Shown here one piece after another: positions 38,978 through 50,800 of a DNA stretch of 64,000 bases. Origin of the DNA: Lama guanicoe (Eukaryota). The notes beneath the pieces are model-generated. The model worked only from the letters and a program-made list of their open reading frames with translations, did not search any database and was not told the DNA's origin. A program made the translations under genes and the position numbers. Location of the stretch: positions 1,116,001 through 1,180,000 of the forward strand of contig MU056000.1 in assembly GCA_013239625.1 (NCBI GenBank), in the 5' to 3' direction. How positions within the stretch are numbered: the first letter of the stretch is position 1; each line of letters opens with the position of its first letter.

Positions 38978-39159
38978 CTTTATTCTTCTAGTGCCTGGTC
39001 CTGCTCCAGAGACTTCCAGCCAGCCTGCCCAAGTAAGTAACTGGAAAGGCGACTGTGCGATCGCACAGCTCCGTGCACTGTTTAAGCAGGAGAGCGTTCT
39101 CTAAATAACGGTGCTCTTTCTTCGCATGTGTTTGGGGAAGGGAGCGTCCCTGTTTGCCT
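38978..39159 (-). pseudogene. Candidate relic 5' exon
   Basis: ttacccag|..|gtgagc. Weak likeness of AKKEHRYL to GREB1 PKKQKHL. Confidence 0.4.
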
Positions 39160-39559
39160 CTGGGTAAGTTAAAATCTTCACCTGGCTTTCCCGGAGTCTG
39201 AGTGTTGCTATCCACAGCGTGACAAAGAACCCTAAGCAGTGGGGTGATGGACAGTCTTCTCTGTATGTTCATCCTGCTCCTCACCTGTCCAGACGGACAC
39301 CTATTCACAGATGCCAGCAGAGCCCGAAATGGACCCGCTCCTCTGTCTCTGCCTCCGCCTCTGCCTCGTCTATGTCCGTGTCTGCGTCCGTGTATCTGTA
39401 CGATGGGTGGAGTGCGGCACTGAGGGTCCCAGTGTCTTAAGAAAGCTCACGTTCGACTCTCACATTTCATCTCAATAATCTCCTAAAATACTTCATTGTA
39501 ATTCTCTTATCACAATGACTTTTTCGCTTGGGATGTGAACGTTACCTTTGTAAACTTAC

Positions 39560-39850
39560 TTTTGCTAAAATCTCTAGGTGTCTTTAGAATTTCTCTTTAT
39601 CTTAAATATCAAAAATCCCAGGCTGTATGTTGAAATTTTCTTCTGTTTCCGCACACTGTTCTAGGAAGCTGCCTTTCAGCTACTGCTGAGCCGTTTCATA
39701 GGAGACTCCTGTCAAGTCTTTCCTCCCCAGATTCTGATCAGTTGCTTTGTTCAGATGGATGGAAAATGCCTCATCCCCTTGGTTTGCGGAGAAAACGCGG
39801 CAGAAGGTGCTGCGACATTAATTACTGCTGACACTTAGAACCCGGTATCA
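39560..39850 (-). pseudogene. Candidate relic 291-nt 5' exon
   Basis: ctaacag|..|gtaagt. YRVLSVSSN and FSIHLN weakly resemble GREB1 LRLVSISNE and FSNHIN. Several stops. Confidence 0.4.
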
Positions 39851-40797
39851 CTGTTAGGATTACAGTAAGTCCCCGAACTCGGATTTCATGTGAACGTCCT
39901 GCTAATTAAAAAAAGGAATGTTCCCCTTTCTCTCCTCCTCTATCTCATTGCAGCCTATCCTTCTCATACTTTGATTTTATATACATATTACAATATAAAT
40001 ACACATGTGATATAGAATATGTATATATTCTGTTCTTAACAGCCATATGTATATATACACACCCATATATAAGGTTTAAAACAGCAGAGTTTCTCCTGCT
40101 TTTCTGCACTCTTCACGTTTATACAGTCAAGGTCTCTCAGCTAGATTTTTGTGAGTTATAAATAAATTGTGTTTTCATAGTAAAGAAAAGAGCTAAATTT
40201 ATTTAGCTCATGTATAAAGCTGTATAAACAAAACACATACCAGTAAACATAGAGTCCTAGAGAACTCTCACTGACTGTGGTGAGAGATGCGACCCTTTGT
40301 GACACAAACCCTGCTTTGTTTCCTGCCCGCAAAGGAAAGACACGAGGTGCACGGAGGGGGACGGGAAAGTGAGGAGGACAAAGCATGAGATGATGCTTTT
40401 CCTTCAAGTGAAAAGCGCACTTTGGTGTTTTGTATCTGTACATTGAAAACACATATTTTCTGTTTCTTTTACTAGGATACCAACTGCTGTAATTGGAGCC
40501 TTTTTCATGTTTTTGTGTACTTGCCTTTTGATGTGCATATGTATTTGATATGTGTGTGTGTGTGTGTAAAGAAATGAATGCTAGAAAACCCCAGATCACA
40601 CAGATCATGTATCACACGGATAACGACTTGGAGGCAGAAAACGCCCACCTTGTTCGATGTTACTGTGTGACCCCACTTTCCTTTCTCTGATCAGAGCGTT
40701 TGCCCTAATTTATGAACATAGCCATGTCTCCCTGTCGTCTTTCTAGGTGTTTAGGAGGCCAGGTTGCAACATACACTTAAGACCAAATTCTGTGTAC

Positions 40798-40852
40798 CTT
40801 CAAGCAGGTATCTTGTCTGAGACAAGCCAAGTGTACGTAGGAAAGGTTGCAC
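40798..40852 (-). pseudogene. Candidate relic 55-nt 5' exon
   Basis: Two ctaac branch-like motifs upstream, ccag acceptor, aag|gtac donor. Confidence 0.3.
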
Positions 40853-41300
40853 CTGGCCAAGTTAGTTACAAATTAGTTAGAAAAATTATATGTAGGTCTT
40901 TCGATCTGTCTGTCTCGTGTGGTTTACACGTACATCTTGCAGCTCACAGGTTTTAAAAGGTGTGTTCTTTAAAAGGAAGGTAAAAATAAATGCACACAGA
41001 AAACAGACATCTATGTTATTTATAGTGTCATTTCTGTGCCATGAAAACAGCGCACGCTAGCCGAAATTCAGGCGTGAGGAGAAACGGGTAATCGGTGTGC
41101 CGGTGCTCCGAAATACTAGATCTCGACAAGAGTACTGCAGGTGGAGACACGGATTTGCTCAGGCGCTCCCTTTGACCAGCCCTTTCCCGCGGCTTCGGCG
41201 GGGGGGCGCTGTCACCCGGCCGGTCCCTTCCCGGGCGGGGCCCTGCGGGCGGGCGGGCGGGCGGGAGCCCCCCGTCCGTGCCGCCGAGCGGCGCTCCCCG

Positions 41301-41335
41301 CTGCAGTGCGGGCGCGGGGCCAACAGGTGGCACAA
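41301..41335 (+). promoter_or_regulatory. CTCF motif with upstream module
   Basis: cTGCAGTgcg-6nt-gGGCCAACAGGTGGCAC matches the core plus the ZF9-11 upstream motif at canonical spacing. Confidence 0.55.
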
Positions 41336-41526
41336 ACGCCCTTGGCTGGCGCCGCGCGGCCGCAGCTCCCGCCCCCGCCCGTCCCCGCGCCGCCCGGGCC
41401 CGCGGAAGGGCTGCGGGCGCGCTCCCCTGGCGCGGCGCGGCGCCGCTCCGGGCTCGGGGGCCCCGGGTTGGGGGTCCGGGCGGGTGTCCCCGCGGGCCGG
41501 GGCAGAGCCCAGGCGGGTCTCCGGCG

Positions 41527-41546
41527 GCGCGCCCTCTGCTGGCCGC
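41527..41546 (-). promoter_or_regulatory. CTCF core motif
   Basis: Reverse complement CGGCCAGCAGAGGGCGC is near consensus. Confidence 0.6.
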
Positions 41547-41938
41547 CCGCGGTCTCGCCGGCCAGATAGGGCGCGGCGCTGCGCGTGTGCAGGGCAGGTG
41601 TGGGCGGGACAGGTGCTGTCTGGGCGGGTGCGGGCGGAGCAGATGCAAGGTTGGGCGGGGCTGGCTGGGCAAGGATGGGTCAGACCAGCTCGGGGTTGGA
41701 GTGGGCCGGACAGGTGTGGGAGTGGGATTTGGCAGGCCAAGGGCTTGGCTGGCTAGCCAGGGGTTGGGTGGAAGAAAAGAGCGAGCTGGGCACGTGCTGG
41801 GGCTGGGCTGGGGCTGGGCGCCCACCGCTGACCGAGGCTGCGGAATCAGAAGCTTCTCGTTATCCTTGCTGTCAGGTTTGCGGCCTCGGTTAAAAGCTCC
41901 GCAGTCTCACCCCGAAGTGTAGGGAGCCTTGAGAACCT

Positions 41939-42004
41939 AACATTTCAGCAAAGCCGCCCCCCGCCCCTCCCAACATTTCAGCAGAGCCTCCCCCCGCCCC
42001 TCCC
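41939..42004. repeat. 33-bp tandem duplication
   Basis: aacatttcagcaaagccgccccccgcccctccc / aacatttcagcagagcctccccccgcccctccc. Confidence 0.85.
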
Positions 42005-42699
42005 CTCCCCTCCCCCCCGAAGGCTCCTGTCTGAGCCAGCTCGTGCGGTGGGAGGGAAGGCAGGCCTGTCAGTCCCAGGTTCCAACTCACTGGAGAGGAG
42101 CCTTGCGTGAACCTGCTTTTAATGTGTCAAATCAGAAAGGCACTTCCCGGCAATAAGGTGTGAAGGGGTTACAGCCTCCCGCGGGGCCGCCAGTAGACTC
42201 TGCGGCGCGAGTGGCAGTCTGCTCCCCCCACGCCAGGCAGCCGCGCGGTGGCCCAGGCGCCACTTACACAGCCTCTGCGCGAGTTCCGCCCCGCTTTCCT
42301 CAGTGGACAAGGCCTCGTATTTGGAGGCCACCTCACCAGACACCGTGCCCCTTCCTCGGTCTGTGCCTGTCAGCCTTCCCAGATGCCCCAGAGTCACGTC
42401 CCCACGTCCCCTGCGCCCATGCCCCAGAGGTCATGGTGCCTCGTCCTGCGGGGTCCTGACAGAGCAGGACCTGGGTTCCAGCCCGGTTCTCTTTCTGGCT
42501 CTTATTGTTGGAAACATCGTGGACCGGCCCCACGATGGAGCCCTGGCCTTCTCCGTCTGCTCATGGGCCGTGAGCCTTGCTGTGTCCGGCAGGGACAGGC
42601 AGAGAGAGGAGGCAGCCTTCACAGAGGGTCTGTTCTGGCTCCAGCCACGTGCTCACAGGTATGATCCAATCCTTCCTCCTTGGGAAAATGGTTGTGCTC

Positions 42700-42760
42700 T
42701 GGCCCCCATTTTACAGAGGAGGAAACTGAATCCCTCAGTGATTAACCAGCTGGCCTGGAG
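42700..42760 (-). mobile_element. MIR core fragment
   Basis: cccattttacagaggaggaaactga. Confidence 0.55.
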
Positions 42761-45700
42761 CTGAGGGAGTGCCAGCCTGGGTGTGTTTGCACCTGCCCTG
42801 GCACCTCGGCCAGCTGGATGTCCTCTCCAAAGGCAGGAAGGACCTCATAGACACGAAAGGAAAGGGTCGGCTTTCACTGGCCGCACATCCGAGGGCTTAG
42901 GCCTCAAGCCACTCAGTCCTGTGGCCGGAAATGATGGACTTTCGTGAAGATGACCCTCGCAGCCACTCCTGGCTTCCTTCTGCCACCCACCCCATTGTCC
43001 CAAGCCTGATCAGGGCCAGGGGTCCAGGAGAACGCCAGTGACAGGAGCAGAGGTCACATAACCTCTGACCCCACGGCGGGGGTGGAGGTGGTCGTTTGAG
43101 GATGAAAACTCTGGCCTGAGCATCTACGATTCTTGATTTCACCTGCACCCAAATTGTAAGTATTCTATTCCAAAATGGCTGGGGTGGGGCTTGCACGGAA
43201 TGTAAGAAGGGCAAAGGATAAAGAGCTTGAAAGTTCATCATCGCATCTGTTTCCCGCTTTTTAAGGATGGGAACTGAGCGTGGTTCTTTGTGGGACTGTC
43301 GGAAGCTCGAGGCCAAATGTCACCATGGCGGTGAGAGTGTCTGCTGAGTGCTGACCGCACCTGGTTTTGTCTGAGGGGGTGAATTTATGACATTTTAAGA
43401 AGTCAGAACTTGAGTCTCATTTCAAAGCTGGTAGAACAACCTAAAACTGTGTTGCCTTCTGGTGACAGTCCATCCAGACTGATGTCTGACTTTGAAGTCA
43501 CATTGACCTTTAAACGTCTCTGGAAAATGCAAGGTGTGATGCTTGGGGGAGGCACAGAGTCAAATCTTTCCCTCTTTAATTGAGTCCATTTAAAAATGCT
43601 ACGTGAGGACTAGAACATTAATTGCCAATTATTTCCATAAAGTTGGTAAGAAAAACACGAAAACCAAACAGAAGGGATAGGAACAGTCAACTCAGTGAAA
43701 GGAATCAGGAACACCCCCCAGACTGGAAAATGTCCAGCCTCACGGTGACCAGCGAAGACCAGCAGGTTAACAAAACCACAGCCACACACCCCAAGCTGTG
43801 CGGGCAGCCAGCGCTGGCGGCTGTGCGGTGAGAGCGGCCCTTTGGGAGCGGGCGGTGAGCGGACGTGCAGATCCGGCCAGCTTTAATGGGAAGCGTTCTG
43901 GGTGCTCTGTCAACAGAGCTTGGTTTAATTGCTTTGACCTGGTAACTCCCCTTCTCGAAAAAGAAAAAGCCCCGGGGAAACAGAAAGCCACGAGCTGTTT
44001 ACGTAACTCTCGTCACAGGGTAACTTACAACGGGGGACAGACCGGAAACAGCCCACGTTTGTGAGAGCAGGACGGGGTTTAAATACAGTGGACCAGATGA
44101 CGGCACACTGCCAGGGACTGAGAAAGTATTTTCGTGGCTGCTCAGAGACACGGAGTCCTTTGATCCCTGCAATGTCATGAGAAAAGCAAGACGGAAGATG
44201 GTATAAACAGGACACTTAAAATTTACAAAACCCTGTATTTGTGTATATGCATGTGTGCGCACACACACACATAAATTTACAGAAAACATATATATGTGTT
44301 TATCTGTTTTATACTTCCGTATCTTTATTACACTTATGTACCTTTAGATACCTTTGTTTTGTGGGAGTTGGAAAGGGAACAAGACAATATGGTGGATAAG
44401 GTGGGAGTGATGGTGAGGAGGCTTAATGAGTCATTTAAGAAGACTGATTATTTCATATGTCCCAAATTTGTTAAAAACACGTTCTGCTTTCCTAATCACA
44501 TAAAGCAATACAGGTGCTCGAGCCCAGAGCTCAGCCCCCGCCGGCACCTGCCCTACCAGCGCTGCTCTGACTGCTCTGACTGGGGAGCTCCCGCCAGCAA
44601 CCCCGCCACCAGCCCCGGCTCACGGCCACCCACACCTGACCCCTGGGGCTCCTGCTCCTGCGGTGACTCCCGCGGACGCACTCGGCCGGCACCTGGAGGT
44701 CCCCTCCAGCTGACCCGACTCAGATGACCCTCTGGACCTGAGCCAGGTGGATCCCGGAGCCGCAGCCCAGGTGGGTTTGGGCAAGTCCACTGTCAGGACG
44801 GGCAGGATGTGCGGAGATGCTGACTGAGGGGGCGCCTTCAGAGGGATAAGACAGCCGCGTTTGTGGCTGACCTGACCATTTACAGCGTGTCGGGGCCATG
44901 CGCCCGCTGGGGGCTCCGCCGCACAAGTACGTGAGTGTGGACGGAGTGATGGGACTCCGTGCCCGAAACAGGGCCAGCAGAGTTGCACAGACCGGGGACC
45001 GCCGTGCAGCTCACGCCCATGGAGAGGGGAGACGGGCGGGCAGGGCTTCCTCCACTGTCCCCCTTGCGTCCCATCTGTGCCATTTCCTGGGCTTCGCACC
45101 TGGGAGTCAGGGTAACAGCCTCCTCTCGGGCTGCTGGAAAGCGGCTGGAGGAAGGTGCACCAGGCCGAGCCAGTGAGCAGCCCCCGACACCCCGGCCCCC
45201 TGCCCCACCTCTGTCCTGGCTACTCTGGTGGCCTGTATGCTCCAGGAGGGCAGTGTCCCCGGCCCTCTGACTGTGCGCCCCCCACAGCAGAGCACTCCTG
45301 ATGCAACAGCAGGTGCTCCATGAGTGCTTGTGGGCAGCCCCAGGAGGGAGGGCCTCCAGCATCTTGCTTGCTCTCAAATTCCTTGAGCCTAGGATCCCAG
45401 ACGCAGGTGGGTGTGCCCTCTTGCAGCGGAGGAATGAGGGGATCAACACCGAGTCCCCCTGGAAACAACTGCTGCTTTTCCCTGGAATTTGGCGGGAAAC
45501 AAAAGTGATCCGGGAGAAGAGAACCAAGCATGGAGCTCGGAGGAGGAAGGCAGACACAATTCAAGTGAAATCTGTCTGTGTTAACGTTTAGCCAAGCTTT
45601 CCACCCGAGGGACTGCGCCTTGTAAGACTTCCCCCGTCAGTTCCGGTCCCTCCACGGGTCAGGCTGCCCCCCCGCCCCCCACGGAGGGACGAGCTCAGCC

Positions 45701-46417
45701 CCGCGGCCATCTGCAGCTGGTGCGCCGTCCGACGCCTGGGCGTGCGGCGGGGGGCGCGGGGCTGACGCAGGCCCCGCAGTGGAGTCGGACGGAGACAAAT
45801 CACAGTGACAAACGCCTTCATGGTTCATCTTCCTTTTACACAGACGTGGGCACTTCTGACGTGGAGCCTGGGTCTCTGAGTGGAAGCCCGCTGGCTGGAG
45901 ATGAGCAGACTCTTTCCCGTCTTCCTTCTACTCCATAAAAAGGGCACCGACTTCAGTTTACAGCTGGGCTTCCTTCAAGGGCGTCAAGAACATCAAAACA
46001 CTCGCAGCACAGCCTGAGGGGAGACCCCTGCCGGGGTCCTAGGGCTTGTCCCCATCTTTTATGGTTACTGGATCCAATGGCAATTTCATAGTGAATGTTT
46101 TAAGTCACTTTTCTTGTGAGCAAGTTTCTTCTTCATGCATCAGGTTTTTAAACTTGATTTTCATAAAGAATAGCTCTCTTTTCACATTCATGAGATTGTA
46201 GAATATTTAATTAATTTACATATTTAATGGTAGAAATATGATCGGCATAAGCAAATTTTTGAAAACTGAAACATGCCTTTTGGAAAGCGTACAAGCCGAG
46301 TGGCAGTGGCAGATGGTCAGCTGCCTGACGGAGCAGCCTTTCCCCACGCAGCCCCGGGTGGGGGTGTTTTCCCAGGGACTAGGGAGTGTGGGCCTGGGTT
46401 TGAGGAGTGAGCTAAGG

Positions 46418-46830
46418 GTCATGGGCTGACTGTGTCCCCCTTCTCCAAATCTTTGTGTTGAGGCCCTAGCCCCCAGGACCTCGGAGCGACCTTATTTGAA
46501 AGTAGGATCTTTGCAGAAGTGGTCAGGTTGGCAGGAGGCCATTAGGACGGACCCTCATCCAGCACGAGTGGTGTGCTCCCAAGAAGGGGAGACGTGGGCG
46601 TGGAGACAGGCATGCACAGGAGGAGGGCGTGAGGTCCGTGGCGCTGGGGACTGGGGAGGCGCGGCTCCGAGGCAAAGGTCGCTCAGTGCCGCCAGCAAAC
46701 GCTAGGGGCTGAGGGCTGCGGGGAGCAGCCTCCCCCACGGCCTCGGAGGACCCGCCCTGCGGACACCGGGTCTTGGGCCGGCAGCCTCTGGACGCTGAGG
46801 GAGTTTCTGTTATTTTCAGCCATCCAGTCT
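46418..46830 (+). mobile_element. MaLR LTR (MLT1C-like)
   Basis: atgggctgactgtgtcccc, gaccttatttgaaagtaggatctttgcaga, tttctgttattttcagccatccagt. Confidence 0.8.
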
Positions 46831-46849
46831 CACTGGTTCCTCGTTGGTC

Positions 46850-47100
46850 CTTGGAGCTCGGGTCTTGGGCTTCTCTCTGTCTTCTTTTTCTCGCACGCGT
46901 GGGTCTCATTCAGCCTCGTGTTTTAAGTAACACCCCTGGAGCAGCCATCCAGGCAGCTGTGCCTGCCGTTCAGAGCTCTCTCCCCGAGTCCAGACCCCCA
47001 TAGCCAGCGCCTGCTTGCCGCCTGGCTTGGAGGCCTAACGAGCATCTCACTGAACGTGCCCAGCGCTGAGGACTTGATTTCTCCCCCAAATCTGCATTTC
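46850..47100 (+). mobile_element. L2 fragment
   Basis: ctctctccccgagtccagaccc..gcctgcttg..gcatctcactgaacgtgcccagcgctga. Confidence 0.6.
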
Positions 47101-47434
47101 CACAAGGTTGAGGAAGGCGCTGGGGGAGAATCAGAGCCAGAACGGGAGTGTGTGCAGTGGGTGCCTCCCCGAAGCCCCCCTCACGCTGGCACTTGAGAGT
47201 TTCCTGCTGCGATGACTGGTCCACACCCAACCCTCCCTCACAGCAAGTCTGCTGGCTGGGAAGCCTGCTCGTGCACCAGCCTCCAGGAAGTGGGACAGCC
47301 TGGCTCTGGGGAAGAGACACGACTGGGGAAACCAAAGGAAACACTGTCAATGGCTCTGATACTCCCAGAGAAAATTCAAGAAGATCATTCATCTTCTAAC
47401 TAAGAATACATTTTAAATAACCAGGAAGCGGCAC

Positions 47435-47870
47435 TGCTGAGGCAGACGCACTGGGCGTCCTCCCACACCCTCCCCCACCAAGGACCCTCCCTGAGCAGGT
47501 GCACGCTTCCTCCCGTGACACCTGCAGGTCTTTGCTAAAAGGCTTTCTCTGGCTGACGGTGCCAACCTGCAGGCTGGAAGTTCCAGGCAGCCGGCACTCC
47601 CGGGAGCACCCCTCTCCGGGTACCTGACAGGGCTTCCTGGCTCATCACCGCACCTGGAATAACCTGGAGGATGTGCGACCACGCGCTCCCAGCATCCTCA
47701 CTGGCTCACCGCGGTTACCCGCACGTTCAGTCACATCATAGTGGTTTCTGTTTTCTTCTTTTCCTCAATTTCCTGCCTCACTACCAGGGCCTCCAGGGAG
47801 CATCCCCCCTCCCCCCAAAAAAAGCCTGCTTGCAGTGAATATCTTGTCTCAGGCAAGCCCAGTCTTAGAT
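47435..47870 (+). mobile_element. ERVL LTR (LTR16-like)
   Basis: ctttctctggctg, ctgcttgcagtgaatatcttgtctcagg..agatac end. Confidence 0.5.
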
Positions 47871-50800
47871 ACAAATCAAGCAATTGTTAGCTGTGAGAAT
47901 GGTATAAATAGAGCATCAGTGTGTGCTTCTTCACTATCCATGGCTCCCGTGCAGACCTGTGTTGCATGAGGATGTTGTATGAGGGTATTCTCCAACAAAA
48001 TCACGAGGGAGTCAGGAAGATGTGGGTCTGGGAGAACAATGGATACAACTCAGGACAGTGAGAAATTTAAGTCCCGGGATGACAGGTGTAGAGAGCAGTG
48101 CGTCCAGGAGCACAGACATCTCCAGGAGGGAAGTCTCTGGGGAGGAAAAAGTGAGGATGGAGGGATTTTTCACTGATTCGATAATGCCCTTAAAATATTA
48201 GATCTTAAGGACCAGGTAAAAGCAAGTTAGCAAGAAAAGCAAAGCAATTAGAAACTCCAGGGAAACCAAAAAGCTATTAGAGGAAGGACATAGAACTGTA
48301 GCACATGATTCCACTTTGCAGTGAGTAACATACGCAGTTCAAAACATACATATGCTTCATTGACTTTTCAAGCTTTAGAGTCAATCAGACAGAAATCAGA
48401 GAATGCTTAATTATGACTGTGGAACAGGCTGAAATACTAGTGAACGTGACAATAGAAAAGTAACATGTGAGGAGAACTCGGGAGGTGCAACGGAGGGACG
48501 CTGAGTAAGTGGAACCATCAGGGACGTTACAGCCTCATCTCATGATGCAGGGAAACAATATTTACTCCACAGTTAGTGGAACGAGAAGTAGAATTCCAAC
48601 CGCATGATCTAAAGTGACAAAGTGACCAACCCCGGAGCTGAGAATCGTCAGACGTGGAGACAGAGAGGCAACGTAGTGAGCCAGAGTCCCACGGCCCACG
48701 TCGCACGGCGGGAAGTCAACAGATAGAGCCAAAGCTTGATATCTGAACACAGTGCTGTAAGCACATCACCACGAGGTGCGGAGGCAAAAATAACCAGAAG
48801 CGCGTAGCCGGCAGTGCCTGGAGGGGCCTCTCCCAGGGAGTGTGCGGCCCGACCCTGGGGCAGGGGCTCTGCTGCTGTTTCACTGTTTGATTTAAAAGTC
48901 AACATTCAAATATGTTGCTTTTGTAACAATTTAAAAATGCCATTTAAACTTTTGGTAACTTAATAACCTACAAGGTGTCTTTTTCTTGTTTCCACTGTGC
49001 AGTTCATTTTAAAGCTAAACGTACATTGTATTTAATTGCCTGTCAGCTGGGTTCCTGCCACTGAACTTTGCTTGTGATGGATAATTGAGAGCTGGCTCTG
49101 TAAAGGGACAGAGAGCTTAATATAGCTGTGGAACAAGCAAGTGACACACCTCATGACTGGGTAGCTAATCCCCAATATACAACCTTTTCATGGAGACATC
49201 CCCCTGGGACTTCTGTGTTTCGGTGACACGGAGGTCTCTAAGCGGGGAGCCAGTGGCTGATGGCATGGTTGGTGACACGGCTACCCCTCTGCTGGCACTG
49301 GGCACTCCGTGCTGGAGCCCCTGCTGTGCAGACCCTGCCTCATCTGCTCACGACTTTACGTAATTAAACCTGATCGGAATTACCCTCATTATAAGCTTGT
49401 CTCCTGATCACTTCCAACCTGCGTGGCCCCAGGGGTCTGTGTGAGGAGGTCCTTCTCTGGCTACTAGCAAATGAGGTGCATTCTCCAAACTGCGGACACA
49501 GACAAATACGAGGTCCTGGTGCAAATCAACCCAAAAGCGGGGGCTGGGGAAGCTGAGAGATGCCATGTGCTTCTATTCAGTGGCATGGAGCTTAACGACA
49601 TGGGCTAACACCTAGATAGTTTTGTAATTTGAGTTAGTGCCGTCTCCGAGGTAATTAACTGGGTGGGAACAACCGTTTTTCATCACTAACAGGTAAGCGC
49701 TTGGAAAGCCACGGCATTAGTGCTGGGGACTCACTCTGCCTTCCTTCAGTCCCGCTGCCCGTTTCCAAACTGAGACGAGCAGGGCCCACGGAGAGAAGAT
49801 AAATCCGGCTTCCGATGCCACCCCCGCGACGGCAAAGCTAGTTGTTCGCGTTACATCCCTGTAGCGGCCTGGAACTTTGTTTAGAAATTGTGTTGTCAGG
49901 CCATCAGGACAGACCTGTGAAAGTGGTTTACGCATTTAAGCTGTTCTCCTTCAAGTGCTTTGTAAATGCTGTGTGCGAAGGATTCCTCCCTGCAGCGTGG
50001 TGTTTCGTGTAAAAACGGTGAAAAGCAACTTGGGCGCAATATGAAGCCAGAGAACACGGTTTTGGAGACGCCGTACAGCCAAGTGGTGACATGCATTTGG
50101 AAGCTGGGTGGGTCCGCCCGCCACACTTGGTGGCAGGTGGGGTCCTGTCCCTGCAGGTGTGGGTGTGAGCCTCACCCACAGCCTCGCTGGGGGCCCGAGT
50201 CAGGGGACGTGAGAGACTGTCCCCTGGTCTTAGGCACGTGAAGGGAGGTGAAAACGTGGTGGCTGAATATATGAGAATCCTGTGCTTGTTTAAACAGAGG
50301 GCAAAGCGTGGCGTCCTGTCGCCCCCAGGGGCTGCCGGGTCCCCGTGCCCAGATCAGTGTCCCGGAGCCCGAGAGGGCAGGAGCTCTGAGTCAGAGACCT
50401 GGCGTCATGTCCGCCACGTGTCCTGCTGAAGCCGCTCTGGTCAGGACAGGACGAGGGACGGGCTCATGGAGGCATAGAGCCTGCAGCCCGTCAGGGAGGC
50501 TGGGTCCACCCCGTTCCAGGAGGGTCACCAAGGAGGAGGTGGACAGGGCTTGTCAGGCACCCGCCCAGGGCTCCTGCAGGCCTGGGTCCTGGCGCCGCGC
50601 TCGACGCGCACGCAACACAGCTGCCCTTAGAGGAGCGCGCAGAGAGAGTCTGAGCGCCGTGTTATGTGCCCTGCGGACGGCGGGCACGCGGGCCAGGAGA
50701 TAAAGGACTCCCTTTCTGGCGCCCTCTGAGTGGTGCCGCGCGCATCCCATGCCTCCCAGCGTGTTCACTGTTCGGAGAATTTACTACTTTTATTGTGGAA

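Larger units (their letters stand above)
1430..41650 (-). pseudogene. Unprocessed multi-exon pseudogene of a divergent GREB1-family paralog (GREB1/GREB1L-like; cpSF2 + TAGT domains)
   Basis: About 20 minus-strand segments with AG/GT boundaries. More than 10 peptide blocks match recalled GREB1 motifs in colinear order. In-frame stops at e.g. 28640-28642, 27137-27139, 26222-26224, 18605-18607 and 5576-5578, plus frameshifts. CpG island at the 5' end. Alignments made by eye. Confidence 0.75.
41050..41650. promoter_or_regulatory. CpG island / putative promoter with GC boxes
   Basis: Very dense CpG and multiple GGGCGG boxes; lies at the 5' end of the minus-strand exon chain. Confidence 0.85.

Noticed and set aside
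1430-41650. Functional GREB1 or GREB1L, or a processed retrocopy
   Set aside because: Identity is far too low for a mammalian ortholog, there are many stops and frameshifts, and introns are present.
41028-41922. Long overlapping ORFs (265, 219, 214, 193 aa)
   Set aside because: Stop-poor CpG island giving R/G/A/P-rich peptides on both strands.
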